Virus record (IMG/VR): IMGVR_UViG_3300012928_000004
Coordinates: 1-62,298 of that record
Source: a virus
Lineage: Duplodnaviria > Caudoviricetes
Reading direction: 5' to 3' (one strand)
Length of the DNA stretch: 62,298 nucleotides
The notes beneath the pieces are model-generated. The model ran no database searches, was not told the origin of the DNA, and worked only from the letters and a program-made list of their open reading frames with translations. This document shows, piece after piece, positions 8,845-17,799 of this stretch. How positions within the stretch are numbered: the first letter of the stretch is position 1; each line of letters starts with the position of its first letter. The position numbers and the translations under genes are program-made.

Positions 8845-9687
8845 ATGGCAATCTACGGAACACTTGACGCGAAAGCGATGGGCACCGATGTTGTAGCGAC
8901 TAATGGCGATGCCACAGTTACAACTGCTGGTGACTTCACTGATGCTGCAGATAACCTTGTCAAAGTTGGTGACATCCTTGAGCTTTCAGGTGTTGCTTAC
9001 ATTGTTAAAGAGGTTACATCAGCAACTGCGCTTGAGCTGCACACAACATACGCTGCATCTACTGGCACAGTTAGTGCTGCTGCAGCGGTTAGAAGAACAG
9101 CACCGAAAGCGGTCGCTGAATATGTAGTTAAGGGTGGAGACACCGTTGGTTACGACCTTGTTTTTGTTGACACAACTGAGCAGGGTATCGCTGCAAACAA
9201 AGCACGTGGTATCACTGGACCTGGTTGGTGGTTATACAATACATACACAACTGCCGCAGGTGACACACGTCACAAGGCTGAGTGTCTTGCATTCGTCCAC
9301 GCAACTGCAGCTGCTGCTGGTGATGACGCTGATGATACTGTGGTAGCAGACGCTGCTGCATCTATTGCAATCACAGCACAACCTGCAAACAGCACATCCT
9401 CTTCTGGAGCAGGGACATTCACACTCACTACTGCAGCAACTGGCACACCTGGCACCCTTGCTTATGTGTGGCAGCGTAAGAAAGCATCTGGTAGCAGATG
9501 GACTAACATTACTGCATCCCTTGACACTGGCATCACATATGCAGACTTCACTACAGCAACACTTGCTTACAGTAGTCTTGCAGCAGATGGTCTTGATGGA
9601 TACAAGTATCGTGTGAAAATCACATCCGCAAATGGTATTGAAGAAGTAGTTTCTGATGGTGCAGCAACGCTCACATTCGGAAGTTAA
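8845..9687 (+). CDS. Virion structural protein with C-terminal Ig-like domain
   Basis: Ala/Thr-rich; ITAQP...LAYVWQ...DGYKYRVKIT...ATLT Ig pattern; late promoter. Confidence 0.7.
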   Translation: MAIYGTLDAKAMGTDVVATNGDATVTTAGDFTDAADNLVKVGDILELSGVAYIVKEVTSATALELHTTYAASTGTVSAAAAVRRTAPKAVAEYVVKGGDTVGYDLVFVDTTEQGIAANKARGITGPGWWLYNTYTTAAGDTRHKAECLAFVHATAAAAGDDADDTVVADAAASIAITAQPANSTSSSGAGTFTLTTAATGTPGTLAYVWQRKKASGSRWTNITASLDTGITYADFTTATLAYSSLAADGLDGYKYRVKITSANGIEEVVSDGAATLTFGS

Positions 9688-9706
9688 TTAAATTATTAAT
9701 TTCGTA

Positions 9707-10075
9707 ATGCATTTTGATGAATTAAATGACAAAAACTATTTGATGTTTGCTATTAAGCACTACGACAACCCACAGTCGGTTACCGTAGATGACTTCATGG
9801 AAGACATGAAAAAGTTTAAGTATCTGAAGCGGTTGCTTAAGAGATATCTAAAGTCTGGTGTGTTGAGGGTTAACCTTATCCTCAACCACCTTATTATTTT
9901 GTTTAATACCTTTGGTGATGGGACCATCCCATTACTCATGTATAAACTAGGGGAGGAATACTTTCCTATTATAAAAACATTCCTTATATATCTGGACAAA
10001 TATCCAGACATACCTGGAGTGTTTTCTCATATAAATATTGACATGGACGTAAAGGATTTACTGGACAGCATATGA
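9707..10075 (+). CDS. Conserved T4-like hypothetical protein
   Basis: MHFDELN..FAIKHYDNP..FKYLKRLL..LILNHLIILFN. Confidence 0.75.
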   Translation: MHFDELNDKNYLMFAIKHYDNPQSVTVDDFMEDMKKFKYLKRLLKRYLKSGVLRVNLILNHLIILFNTFGDGTIPLLMYKLGEEYFPIIKTFLIYLDKYPDIPGVFSHINIDMDVKDLLDSI

Positions 10076-10455
10076 ATGAAGATGCACCCACAATGAGCGT
10101 AGGTAATGGAGGTTTCACTGGAAACGCATCCAATACTGGACCTAATGCGGGTATCGATCCTCTCATGACTGCCCGTCCTAAGCGTAGAAAATATAAAAGA
10201 AAGAGTGCCAACGTTATTACTAACGTCGGTATTGGTGAGGCGGTTGAAGACAAGGCAGGTTATCTTCCCTACCTAGTGTCTTACGACGGTGCCGAATCTT
10301 ATGTGCTATACTCTAAGAGTGAGTCTGCACTTAAGATAGAACTTAGAAAGATGTATCGACCAGAAAATTTTAAGAAGATTGCCGTGAAACGTCTTTATCC
10401 TACTGAAGTTATTAAATTTTACTGGAATAAACGCCAAGACGCCCTACGAGTGTAA
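10072..10455 (+). CDS. Hypothetical protein
   Basis: 127-aa ORF with ATGA overlap. Confidence 0.65.
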   Translation: MNEDAPTMSVGNGGFTGNASNTGPNAGIDPLMTARPKRRKYKRKSANVITNVGIGEAVEDKAGYLPYLVSYDGAESYVLYSKSESALKIELRKMYRPENFKKIAVKRLYPTEVIKFYWNKRQDALRV

Positions 10456-10886
10456 TGTCTGATATAAATTCAGCAATTCTAGAAAGACTAGAAAAGGTGG
10501 TAGACTCCTTACAGGAAAACTCTGTAAAGATGGGTCAACTTCTTGCTGTACACAACGAAAAACTGGACAAGCAAGACAAGATTGACCAAGTTTTGTTTGA
10601 GAAAGTAGATAGAATCCATGCTGACTTATCCAGAGAGACGGACGCTATCAAGAGAGGATGCGAGAGAGACATCCGTCTGGTAGATGACAGACTCCGCATG
10701 ATGGAGAAGAAGATGTGGACTATCGCAGGTGCTCTCACTGTGATAACCTTCATGATTAGTGTGCCAGGTCAAGCGTTAATGAGATCCTTGACAGGTGGAG
10801 AAAACCGTAGTATGCTACCTACAGTAGATAGGCTTGCATGGACTACGTTGAGGACAAATACATTAAATTCCTCAGCGCGAGGTTAG
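10455..10886 (+). CDS. Hypothetical coiled-coil protein with C-terminal TM segment
   Basis: LLAVHNEKL coiled coil; WTIAGALTVITFMISV hydrophobic stretch; precedes gp61. Confidence 0.65.
   Translation: MSDINSAILERLEKVVDSLQENSVKMGQLLAVHNEKLDKQDKIDQVLFEKVDRIHADLSRETDAIKRGCERDIRLVDDRLRMMEKKMWTIAGALTVITFMISVPGQALMRSLTGGENRSMLPTVDRLAWTTLRTNTLNSSARG
10788..10816 (+). promoter_or_regulatory. Sigma70-type promoter for gp61
   Basis: TTGACA, 17 bp, TATGCT. Confidence 0.65.
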
Positions 10887-11827
10887 ATAGATACAAACAC
10901 GTTAAGCGTGGTTTATACAACTTTAGATGCCCCTACTGTGGTGATTCTCAGAAGAATCGCACGAAAGCAAGGGGTTATTTTTTTCTAAAGAAGACAGAAT
11001 ACATTTACAAGTGTCACAACTGTGGTGTTGGTAGGTCCCTAGCAAACTTCTTAAAGGAGCAAGCGGTGGATTTGTATGACCAATTCTTACTTGAAAAGTA
11101 TCAGCAGGGAATGACTGGGAAAGGTCGTCATACACCTGCACCAAAGATTCCGTCATCAAAACCACACTTCAATAAGACAAAAGACTTGCAGCAGATTTCA
11201 AGTCTAAATAATGAGCATCCAGCAAAGCAATATCTACTAGACAGGAAGATACCTGAGGACCAACTCGGTAGATTCTATTACGTTGACAAGTTTAAGAGTT
11301 GGGTTAACACTCGTAAACCCACCTTCGACAATCTGCAAAACGACAGACCTAGAATTATTATCCCATTGATTGATGCGGATGGTAAATGGTTTGGAGTCCA
11401 AGGGAGGTCCATGTCTCCTAAGTCTCCTCTCAGATACATATCAATTATGTTTGAGGATAAACTTAAACTATTTGGACAAGACCAAGTAAACCCAGAGGAG
11501 ACTGTTTATGTCACAGAAGGACCATTCGACAGTACTTTCATTAGACAAGCTGTTGCTATGTGTGGTAGCGATGTTGACCACCGCAGTTTACCTTATAGGT
11601 CTAGGGTCTGGGTCTTCGACAACGAACCTAGGAATAGACAAATCGTGCAGAGACTCGATTCAGCAATCACAAACGGGGAGACCGTGGTTATATGGCCAAA
11701 GACCATAAAGCACAAGGATATCAATGATATGGTCTTGGCAGGACTGAGACCAGATGATATAATTAAAAAGAATACCTACCAAGGGTTAGAAGCACAAATT
11801 AAATTTACCGATTGGAAAAAAGTATGA
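10838..11827 (+). CDS. gp61: DNA primase gp61
   Basis: Zn finger CPYCGDS...CHNC; TOPRIM VTEGPFDS, FDNE, KDINDM. Confidence 0.95.
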   Translation: MDYVEDKYIKFLSARLDRYKHVKRGLYNFRCPYCGDSQKNRTKARGYFFLKKTEYIYKCHNCGVGRSLANFLKEQAVDLYDQFLLEKYQQGMTGKGRHTPAPKIPSSKPHFNKTKDLQQISSLNNEHPAKQYLLDRKIPEDQLGRFYYVDKFKSWVNTRKPTFDNLQNDRPRIIIPLIDADGKWFGVQGRSMSPKSPLRYISIMFEDKLKLFGQDQVNPEETVYVTEGPFDSTFIRQAVAMCGSDVDHRSLPYRSRVWVFDNEPRNRQIVQRLDSAITNGETVVIWPKTIKHKDINDMVLAGLRPDDIIKKNTYQGLEAQIKFTDWKKV

Positions 11828-14154
11828 GCGACATTAGTGTTGTTAAGCGTAATGGGGTGGTCGCAGACCTCAATCTAGAGAAAGTACATAAGATGGTAGA
11901 GATGGCCTGCCGTGACCTTGGCGGTGTGTCAGAGTCGCACGTAGAAATGAATGCCAATCTACAATTCTTCGATGGTATTAGGACACAAGACATCCAAGAA
12001 ATTCTTATTAAGTCTGCTAATGACTTGATTTCTTTGGAGACACCTAACTACCAATTTGTTGCTGCACGTCTTCTCCTATTCGGACTTCGTAAACAAGTCT
12101 TTGGAGAGCATCCAGACGATGCTCCACCGCTTCTAGAGCATGTGCAATCATGTGTAGATGAAGGTGTATATGATGAGAGTCTTATTAAACTATATTCCGA
12201 TGAGGAATGGGAAGAGATTGACTCTTACATTGACTATGACCGTGACTATATGTTTACATATGCTGGTCTAAGACAGGTTGCTGATAAATATCTCGTACAA
12301 GATCGCAGCAATGGTCGTCTGTATGAGACTCCTCAGCAGATGTATATCATGATCGCAGCTACTCTCTTTCAAAATTACACACAAGAGTATAGACTCGATT
12401 ATGTAAAACGCTATTATGACGCAATCTCAAAACACAAAATCAACATCCCAACACCAGTCATGGCAGGGGTCAGGACGCCCCTTAGACAATTTGCTAGCTG
12501 TGTGCTTGTGGATGTTGATGACACCCTCGATTCTATCTTTAGCAGTGACATGGCTATTGGCTACTATGTTGCTCAAAGGGCTGGCATCGGTATCAACGCA
12601 GGTAGAATCAGGGGCATCAACAGTAAAATCAGAGGTGGAGAGGTTCAACACACAGGTGTTGTCCCCTTCCTCAAAAAGTTTGAGTCAACTGTCAGATGCT
12701 GCACTCAAAACGGTATCCGAGGTGGGTCAGCGACTGTCCACTTTCCGATCTGGCATCAAGAAATCGAAGACATCATCGTCCTCAAAAACAACAAAGGCAC
12801 GGAAGACAACCGAGTCAGAAAACTCGACTACAGTATCCAACTAAGCAAGTTATTTTATGAAAGGTTTATTTCTAACAAGGACATTTCACTCTTCAGTCCT
12901 CACGATGTCCCTGGTCTTTATGACGCTTTCGGGACTGATGAGTTTGATGATTTGTATGTCCGTTACGAAACAAATACTTCAGTCCCAAGAAGCACCATCG
13001 GTGCTCAAGAATTAATTCTTGCACTACTTAAAGAGAGAGCAGAGACAGGTCGTCTCTATCTAATGAATATTGACCACTGTAATACTCACTCCTCTTTCAA
13101 AGACAAAGTAAACATGAGTAACCTCTGTCAGGAGATTACTCTACCTACTGACCCTATCAGACACATTGATGATGATGGTGGTGAGATTGCTCTGTGCATT
13201 CTCTCTGCTATTAATGTTGGTAAACTTACATCTAACCTTGATGAGTTGGATAACCTATGTGACCTTGCAGTTAGAGGACTGGAAGAGTTGATTGATTACC
13301 AAGAGTATCCTGTTGCTGCTGCAAAACGTAGCACTCTAGCACGTCGCTCACTTGGTATTGGTTTCATTGGTCTTGCTCATTACCTTGCTAAGAATGGTGT
13401 AAAATATGACTCACAAGAGGCATGGGACTTGACTCATAGACTCACTGAATCATTCCAGTATCACCTTCTTAAAGCATCAAATCAAATTGCACAAGAGAAA
13501 GGAGCATGTGAAGCATTCCATCGTACAAAGTATATCGATGGACTTCTACCAATCGATACATATAAGAAGGACGTAGATCAGATTACAAACGAACCTCTTC
13601 ATTATGATTGGGATAGTCTTAGGTCATCTATCGAGGAGCATGGACTCAGGCACAGCACTCTGTCCGCACAAATGCCATCGGAATCTAGTTCCGTTGTGTC
13701 AAACGCAACCAATGGAATCGAACCTCCTCGCGACTACTTGTCCGTTAAGAAATCAAAGAAGGGACCTCTTAAGCAAATTGTTCCTCAATTTAATTCACTG
13801 AAAAATAATTACACACTACTCTGGGACATGCCTTCTAACGAAGGTTACATCAAGATTGTAGCAGTGATGCAAAAGTTTTTTGACCAAGGTATCAGTGGTA
13901 ACTGGTCCTACAATCCAGAAAATTATAATAATAACGAAGTGCCTGTGTCTGTAATGGCACAAGACCTACTTAATACTTACAAATACGGTTGGAAAACCTC
14001 ATACTATCAAAATACATACGATGCCAAGAAAGATATCGATGAGCCTGCCCATCCAATCGGATGGAAAGATGAAGTGCCAGACACTGAAGCTCTTGTAAAC
14101 GATATCCTTTACGGTGCAGAATCGGAGGAAGATTGTGATGGTTGCAAAGTCTGA
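11824..14154 (+). CDS. nrdA: Ribonucleotide reductase class Ia alpha subunit
   Basis: ATP cone VVKRNG; QFASC, SNLCQEI, MPSESSS, GIEP; C-terminal CDGC; no intein. Confidence 0.97.
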   Translation: MSDISVVKRNGVVADLNLEKVHKMVEMACRDLGGVSESHVEMNANLQFFDGIRTQDIQEILIKSANDLISLETPNYQFVAARLLLFGLRKQVFGEHPDDAPPLLEHVQSCVDEGVYDESLIKLYSDEEWEEIDSYIDYDRDYMFTYAGLRQVADKYLVQDRSNGRLYETPQQMYIMIAATLFQNYTQEYRLDYVKRYYDAISKHKINIPTPVMAGVRTPLRQFASCVLVDVDDTLDSIFSSDMAIGYYVAQRAGIGINAGRIRGINSKIRGGEVQHTGVVPFLKKFESTVRCCTQNGIRGGSATVHFPIWHQEIEDIIVLKNNKGTEDNRVRKLDYSIQLSKLFYERFISNKDISLFSPHDVPGLYDAFGTDEFDDLYVRYETNTSVPRSTIGAQELILALLKERAETGRLYLMNIDHCNTHSSFKDKVNMSNLCQEITLPTDPIRHIDDDGGEIALCILSAINVGKLTSNLDELDNLCDLAVRGLEELIDYQEYPVAAAKRSTLARRSLGIGFIGLAHYLAKNGVKYDSQEAWDLTHRLTESFQYHLLKASNQIAQEKGACEAFHRTKYIDGLLPIDTYKKDVDQITNEPLHYDWDSLRSSIEEHGLRHSTLSAQMPSESSSVVSNATNGIEPPRDYLSVKKSKKGPLKQIVPQFNSLKNNYTLLWDMPSNEGYIKIVAVMQKFFDQGISGNWSYNPENYNNNEVPVSVMAQDLLNTYKYGWKTSYYQNTYDAKKDIDEPAHPIGWKDEVPDTEALVNDILYGAESEEDCDGCKV

Positions 14155-14320
14155 CATCACCGTTACACTAAGCAAGGCACTCCAAGAAGACTTTGAGTCT
14201 TGGTTGGAGTGTTGTCAATCACTACAAGTCACACCTAAGATAAATTCATTTCTACATTATGTCGCAAACTACGGGACAAGCAAAGATGGGAGTCACAGTA
14301 TTCAATCAAAAGAAAGTTGA
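14138..14320 (+). CDS. Small hypothetical protein overlapping nrdA end and nrdB start
   Basis: MVAKSDITVTLSKALQEDFESWLECC... fills the nrdA-nrdB gap. Confidence 0.5.
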   Translation: MVAKSDITVTLSKALQEDFESWLECCQSLQVTPKINSFLHYVANYGTSKDGSHSIQSKES

Positions 14321-15422
14321 TTCTACAAAACAACCAATGTTTTTTGGTGCACCCTTGGGGATGCAACGTTATGATGAGTACAGGTATCCTGACTTTGACA
14401 GACTAACTCAATCTCAACTAGGATTTTTCTGGAGACCTGAAGAGGTTTCTCTACAGAAAGACCGCGCCGATTATAAAACACTAAACGATCAACAGAAGCA
14501 CATCTATACTTCCAACCTGAAGTATCAAATCCTCCTTGACTCTGTGCAGGGTCGAGGACCAGGCATGGCATTCTCTCCTTTCTGCTCACTCCCTGAGTTG
14601 GAAGGTTGCATGGGTGTCTGGCAATTTATGGAGCAAATTCACTCACGCTCATACACACACATCATTAAAAACGTTTACCCAGATCCTGGTGAAGTCTTTG
14701 ATAAAGTCTTAGACGACGAAAGAATCATGGCACGTGCACAGTCAGTAACAAAAGCATATGACGATTTCCTAGCGGCAGCAGGTGACTGGGCAGGTGGTAA
14801 CATGTGGCAAGGTAGTTGGAAAGATTGTCCTACAGCAGACAGCACTAGACAACACATGAAACGACTGCTCTACAGAGCAGTGGCCAACGTAAATATTTTA
14901 GAAGGTATTAGATTTTATGTATCCTTCGCTTGCAGTTTTGCCTTTGGCGAATTAAAACTGATGGAAGGGTCAGCAAAAATTATTGCTTTGATAGCAAGAG
15001 ACGAATCACAGCATCTTAACATCACTCAGAAAATTCTCAGAAAATGGAGAGAAGGTGATGATGAAGAGATGCAGGTTATTGCAGAAGAAGAAAAAGAAAA
15101 CGTCCGTCAGATGTTTGCAACAGCAGTTGCAGAGGAAAAAGAATGGGCAACCTATCTCTTCTCACAAGGCAGTATGATTGGTCTTAACGAGAGACTTCTC
15201 TCACAGTATGTTGAATGGATTGCAAATCGTAGATTGAAGAATCTTGGTTTGGCACCTCTGTTTGATATTCCCGCAAGAAATAACCCATTGCCATGGACCC
15301 AGCACTGGCTAAATAGCAAAGGGCAACAGAATGCTCCTCAGGAAACTGAGATTGAATCTTACATTGTGGGGGGAATCAAACAGGATGTCGAAGCAAACAC
15401 CTTCGCGGGATTTTCACTTTGA
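14286..15422 (+). CDS. nrdB: Ribonucleotide reductase class Ia beta subunit
   Basis: FFWRPEEV, LDSVQGR, EQIHSRSY, LEGIRFYVSF, RDESQH, APQETEIESY. Confidence 0.97.
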   Translation: MGVTVFNQKKVDSTKQPMFFGAPLGMQRYDEYRYPDFDRLTQSQLGFFWRPEEVSLQKDRADYKTLNDQQKHIYTSNLKYQILLDSVQGRGPGMAFSPFCSLPELEGCMGVWQFMEQIHSRSYTHIIKNVYPDPGEVFDKVLDDERIMARAQSVTKAYDDFLAAAGDWAGGNMWQGSWKDCPTADSTRQHMKRLLYRAVANVNILEGIRFYVSFACSFAFGELKLMEGSAKIIALIARDESQHLNITQKILRKWREGDDEEMQVIAEEEKENVRQMFATAVAEEKEWATYLFSQGSMIGLNERLLSQYVEWIANRRLKNLGLAPLFDIPARNNPLPWTQHWLNSKGQQNAPQETEIESYIVGGIKQDVEANTFAGFSL

Positions 15423-15834
15423 ATTTGAGCATTACTGGGGCGGCACTCCGTCCGAGGTGCAACAATTAGAAAGGTGGGGAAAGAAACAGAAAGGAATTAT
15501 CAGATTCCTTGTGCTGAATTTCTTCCTACCTTGGTATGCTAAATGGTGGTTGGATTATAAACTCCAACGAGAGATGTCTTCTGTAGATCGGCAAGCAAAA
15601 GAGTTGCTCGATCATTGGAATGAAGAAGACAAACCACAAACAATCATGGAAACCAGACCATCAGAGGTCGAAGGGTTGGATGACATCTCTATCAGACATA
15701 GAGCGTTTACCTCTTGGCCTCCACCCGACCAATGGTATCAGGGACCACTTGAAGTTTTTACACAAACTGAAGAGGGACTTGAAACGCCAACCACATCCGA
15801 CACCTTACCCGACCCGTGGCAGGAGAAGGAGTAA
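15385..15834 (+). CDS. Hypothetical protein
   Basis: ORF from ATG 15385 overlapping nrdB end. Confidence 0.55.
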   Translation: MSKQTPSRDFHFEFEHYWGGTPSEVQQLERWGKKQKGIIRFLVLNFFLPWYAKWWLDYKLQREMSSVDRQAKELLDHWNEEDKPQTIMETRPSEVEGLDDISIRHRAFTSWPPPDQWYQGPLEVFTQTEEGLETPTTSDTLPDPWQEKE

Positions 15835-15848
15835 AAAAAAGAAGTAGC

Positions 15849-15877
15849 TTGCTAAATAGTTGAGCATGTGCTATCAT
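15849..15877 (+). promoter_or_regulatory. Sigma70-type promoter with overlapping late TAAATA, driving the riboswitch leader
   Basis: TTGCTA, 17 bp, TATCAT; TAAATA at 15853-58; predicted TSS ~15884, just before CGTTC. Confidence 0.6.
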
Positions 15878-15883
15878 ATGCTT

Positions 15884-16107
15884 ATCGTTCATCCCCTAGG
15901 GGACGCAAGTAAGTCGCGGAACGGAGCGTTCATCCCATGGTTGAGTTACTACTATACTCCAATCTCTCTTGTGCAGATGCTAAGGCATTCTTGGGCAAGG
16001 TAAGGAGGCATGAAGACTTGGAACCCCAAGTCAAAATTGAGTTAATCGAGACTATGAAGGAGGCAACTCCTGATTGTCCATGGGACGCAAACGACTAAAG
16101 GAACGGG
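15884..16107 (+). ncRNA. Double glutamine-riboswitch-like element (glnA / Downstream-peptide related)
   Basis: Two CGTTCATCCC...GGGACGCAA...GGAACGG units (15886-15924, 15927-16106), AGTCG/CGACT complementarity, upstream of a YRG-motif DUF4278-type peptide. Confidence 0.75.
15937..16098 (+). CDS. 53-aa hypothetical protein embedded in the structured RNA
   Basis: MVELLLYSNLSCADAKAFLGKVRRHEDLEPQVKIELIETMKEATPDCPWDAND*; GGAG 10 nt upstream; not in the supplied ORF track. Confidence 0.7.
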   Translation: MVELLLYSNLSCADAKAFLGKVRRHEDLEPQVKIELIETMKEATPDCPWDAND

Positions 16108-16139
16108 CCTAAAAATCCAATTACTTTAGGAGTAAACAA

Positions 16140-16283
16140 ATGACTACTATCACATACAGAGGTGTCAAATATGACGCCGAGCAGTACAAGGCAAAGGTAC
16201 TTGAGGAGAGAGACCAACGCAACCGTCACGATATGATGTATCGTGGTATCAAGGTTGAGAGGAAATTCGCCAGCAAGTCCTGA
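16140..16283 (+). CDS. DUF4278-type small protein (two YRG motifs)
   Basis: MTTITYRGVKYDAEQYKAKVLEERDQRNRHDMMYRGIKVERKFASKS*; AGGAG RBS at 16128-32. Confidence 0.85.
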   Translation: MTTITYRGVKYDAEQYKAKVLEERDQRNRHDMMYRGIKVERKFASKS

Positions 16284-16296
16284 GCGTGATATCAAT

Positions 16297-16320
16297 AGAG
16301 GGCGAGTGCCCTCTTTTTTA
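16297..16320 (+). terminator. Rho-independent terminator
   Basis: AGAGGGC-GAGT-GCCCTCT followed by T-run. Confidence 0.8.
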
Positions 16321-16332
16321 TTAGGAGCTATT

Positions 16333-16527
16333 ATGAATCACGATAAAGTAAAAGCAATTGCACGTAACCTTAAACTTCTAGCAATCTCTTTGGAGGATGC
16401 TATTAAAGAAGATGTAGAAGCATACAACACACCATCAGATGCTATTAAGGATACTTGGTTTCCTAAGAAACAAGCAGAGAGATTGGGTTATAGATATAGT
16501 GATGACGATGATGGGTATGCAGATTGA
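16333..16527 (+). CDS. Hypothetical protein
   Basis: AGGAG RBS then MNHDKVKAIARNLKLL...DDDDGYAD. Confidence 0.7.
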   Translation: MNHDKVKAIARNLKLLAISLEDAIKEDVEAYNTPSDAIKDTWFPKKQAERLGYRYSDDDDGYAD

Positions 16528-16868
16528 AACCGCAGAGTGCTAAAGCAAAAGGTCGTAACTTCCAGAAGTGGGTAAGAGAAATGCTCATTGAGCATAAAGA
16601 TATCCACCCTGAGGACATCGAGTCCCGTAGTATGGGTGCTGGAGGAGAAGACCTTATCATGGCACGTGCTGCTAGACAGAAATTTCCATTCTCTATTGAA
16701 TGTAAAAATGTAGAGAAATTAAATGTGTATGATGCATACGACCAAGCGTGTGCCAACAGTGGTGACCACCAACCTATACTCTTCATGAAGAAAAACCGTA
16801 AGCAACCGCTGGTTGTGTTGGATGCTGAATGGTTTATTAAGCATTTCGGGGTTGACAGTCAAGGGTAA
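16524..16868 (+). CDS. Hjc-like PD-(D/E)XK nuclease (putative resolvase)
   Basis: KAKGRNFQ, GEDL, SIECKN motifs; TTG start. Confidence 0.75.
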   Translation: MKPQSAKAKGRNFQKWVREMLIEHKDIHPEDIESRSMGAGGEDLIMARAARQKFPFSIECKNVEKLNVYDAYDQACANSGDHQPILFMKKNRKQPLVVLDAEWFIKHFGVDSQG

Positions 16869-16881
16869 GACCATATATAAT
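16852..16881 (+). promoter_or_regulatory. Sigma70-type early promoter
   Basis: TTGACA, 18 bp, TATAAT. Confidence 0.7.
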
Positions 16882-16906
16882 GATACGGTAGTCAACGGTG
16901 AGCACC

Positions 16907-17053
16907 ATGGACAAAGAGTCGCTTGATTTTTTGGAAGCATCAGTTGAAATTTTAATTGACCAACTTCATTACCTTGCCGACGTAGGTGAGATTGATGATG
17001 CTGAGGCAGTTGCTGACCGTATCCGTGAACTACAGGAGATGAAATCAGAATGA
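16907..17053 (+). CDS. Small acidic hypothetical protein (48 aa)
   Basis: MDKESLDFLEASVEILIDQLHYLADVGEIDDAEAVADRIRELQEMKSE*; downstream of promoter; ATGA overlap with next gene. Confidence 0.6.
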   Translation: MDKESLDFLEASVEILIDQLHYLADVGEIDDAEAVADRIRELQEMKSE

Positions 17054-17676
17054 GCACAGCAGATGTTGTGCATATGTTTAACGTCCCGATGATTCATTAT
17101 GCCATCGAGGACTGGCGCAACGCTAAAAAAAGAATTACACAAGCACTTCCTCAGATAACTGAGGAGATGCTAGAATCTAACGGAGAAATCTATACTGACT
17201 TCTTCGATGAGCAATTCAAACACTGTCTCCCACCCTACGGAGAGACAGTAATAGACATCCTGCTACCATACTTAAAGGACTTCACGGGTAAGACCCGTTG
17301 TGAATTCACCGACATGTGGTTTCAAACTGCAAAGAGGGGTATGTCACATGGAGTCCACAATCATGGTGCAAGTGGTTGGAGTGCAATACTTTACGTTGAC
17401 TTCAACTATACTGTCCATGCTGCCACCAGATTTTATTCTCCATTTAAGAATCCTTGGAATGGTAATCTAGAAGATTATCAACCACCAGTCAGGGAAGGTG
17501 ACCTAGTTATCTTTCCAGCATCTATTGCACACGAGGCACTTAGAAATGATTCAGAAATACCACGCACAATTATTTCATTTAACTTGCGAGGTAAGGTAGA
17601 TTATGTTAAGCATACTCTGTGGAAAGACGAAGGTGACCCTCGCATTGTGATACCTAGGTATCGCGACGATTGTTGA
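17050..17676 (+). CDS. Putative 2OG-Fe(II) oxygenase (HxH type)
   Basis: HGVHNHG, WSAILY, EGDLVIFPASIAH, RTIISFN. Confidence 0.8.
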   Translation: MSTADVVHMFNVPMIHYAIEDWRNAKKRITQALPQITEEMLESNGEIYTDFFDEQFKHCLPPYGETVIDILLPYLKDFTGKTRCEFTDMWFQTAKRGMSHGVHNHGASGWSAILYVDFNYTVHAATRFYSPFKNPWNGNLEDYQPPVREGDLVIFPASIAHEALRNDSEIPRTIISFNLRGKVDYVKHTLWKDEGDPRIVIPRYRDDC

Positions 17677-17678
17677 CT

Positions 17679-17752
17679 GACTCAATAGCTCAGCTGGATA
17701 GAGCAACTGCCTTCTAAGCAGTCGGTCGTAGGTTCGAATCCTACTTGAGTCG
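17679..17752 (+). tRNA. trnR: tRNA-Arg (anticodon TCT)
   Basis: Acceptor GACTCAA/TTGAGTC, D arm GCTC/GAGC, anticodon arm ACTGC-CTTCTAA-GCAGT, GGTTCGAATCC T-loop; CCA not encoded. Confidence 0.95.
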
Positions 17753-17799
17753 CTGGGAGTATTCCCCTCCCTGGTACAATCGAATAGGAGAGCAATCTC

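Noticed and set aside
902-14154. Inteins in gp41 or nrdA
   Set aside because: Normal lengths; no intein splice-junction or LAGLIDADG blocks seen
16095-16332. ORF-track calls 16095-16295 (-) and the extended start at 16243
   Set aside because: They overlap the better supported DUF4278-type gene and its terminator; the real start is 16333 with an AGGAG RBS
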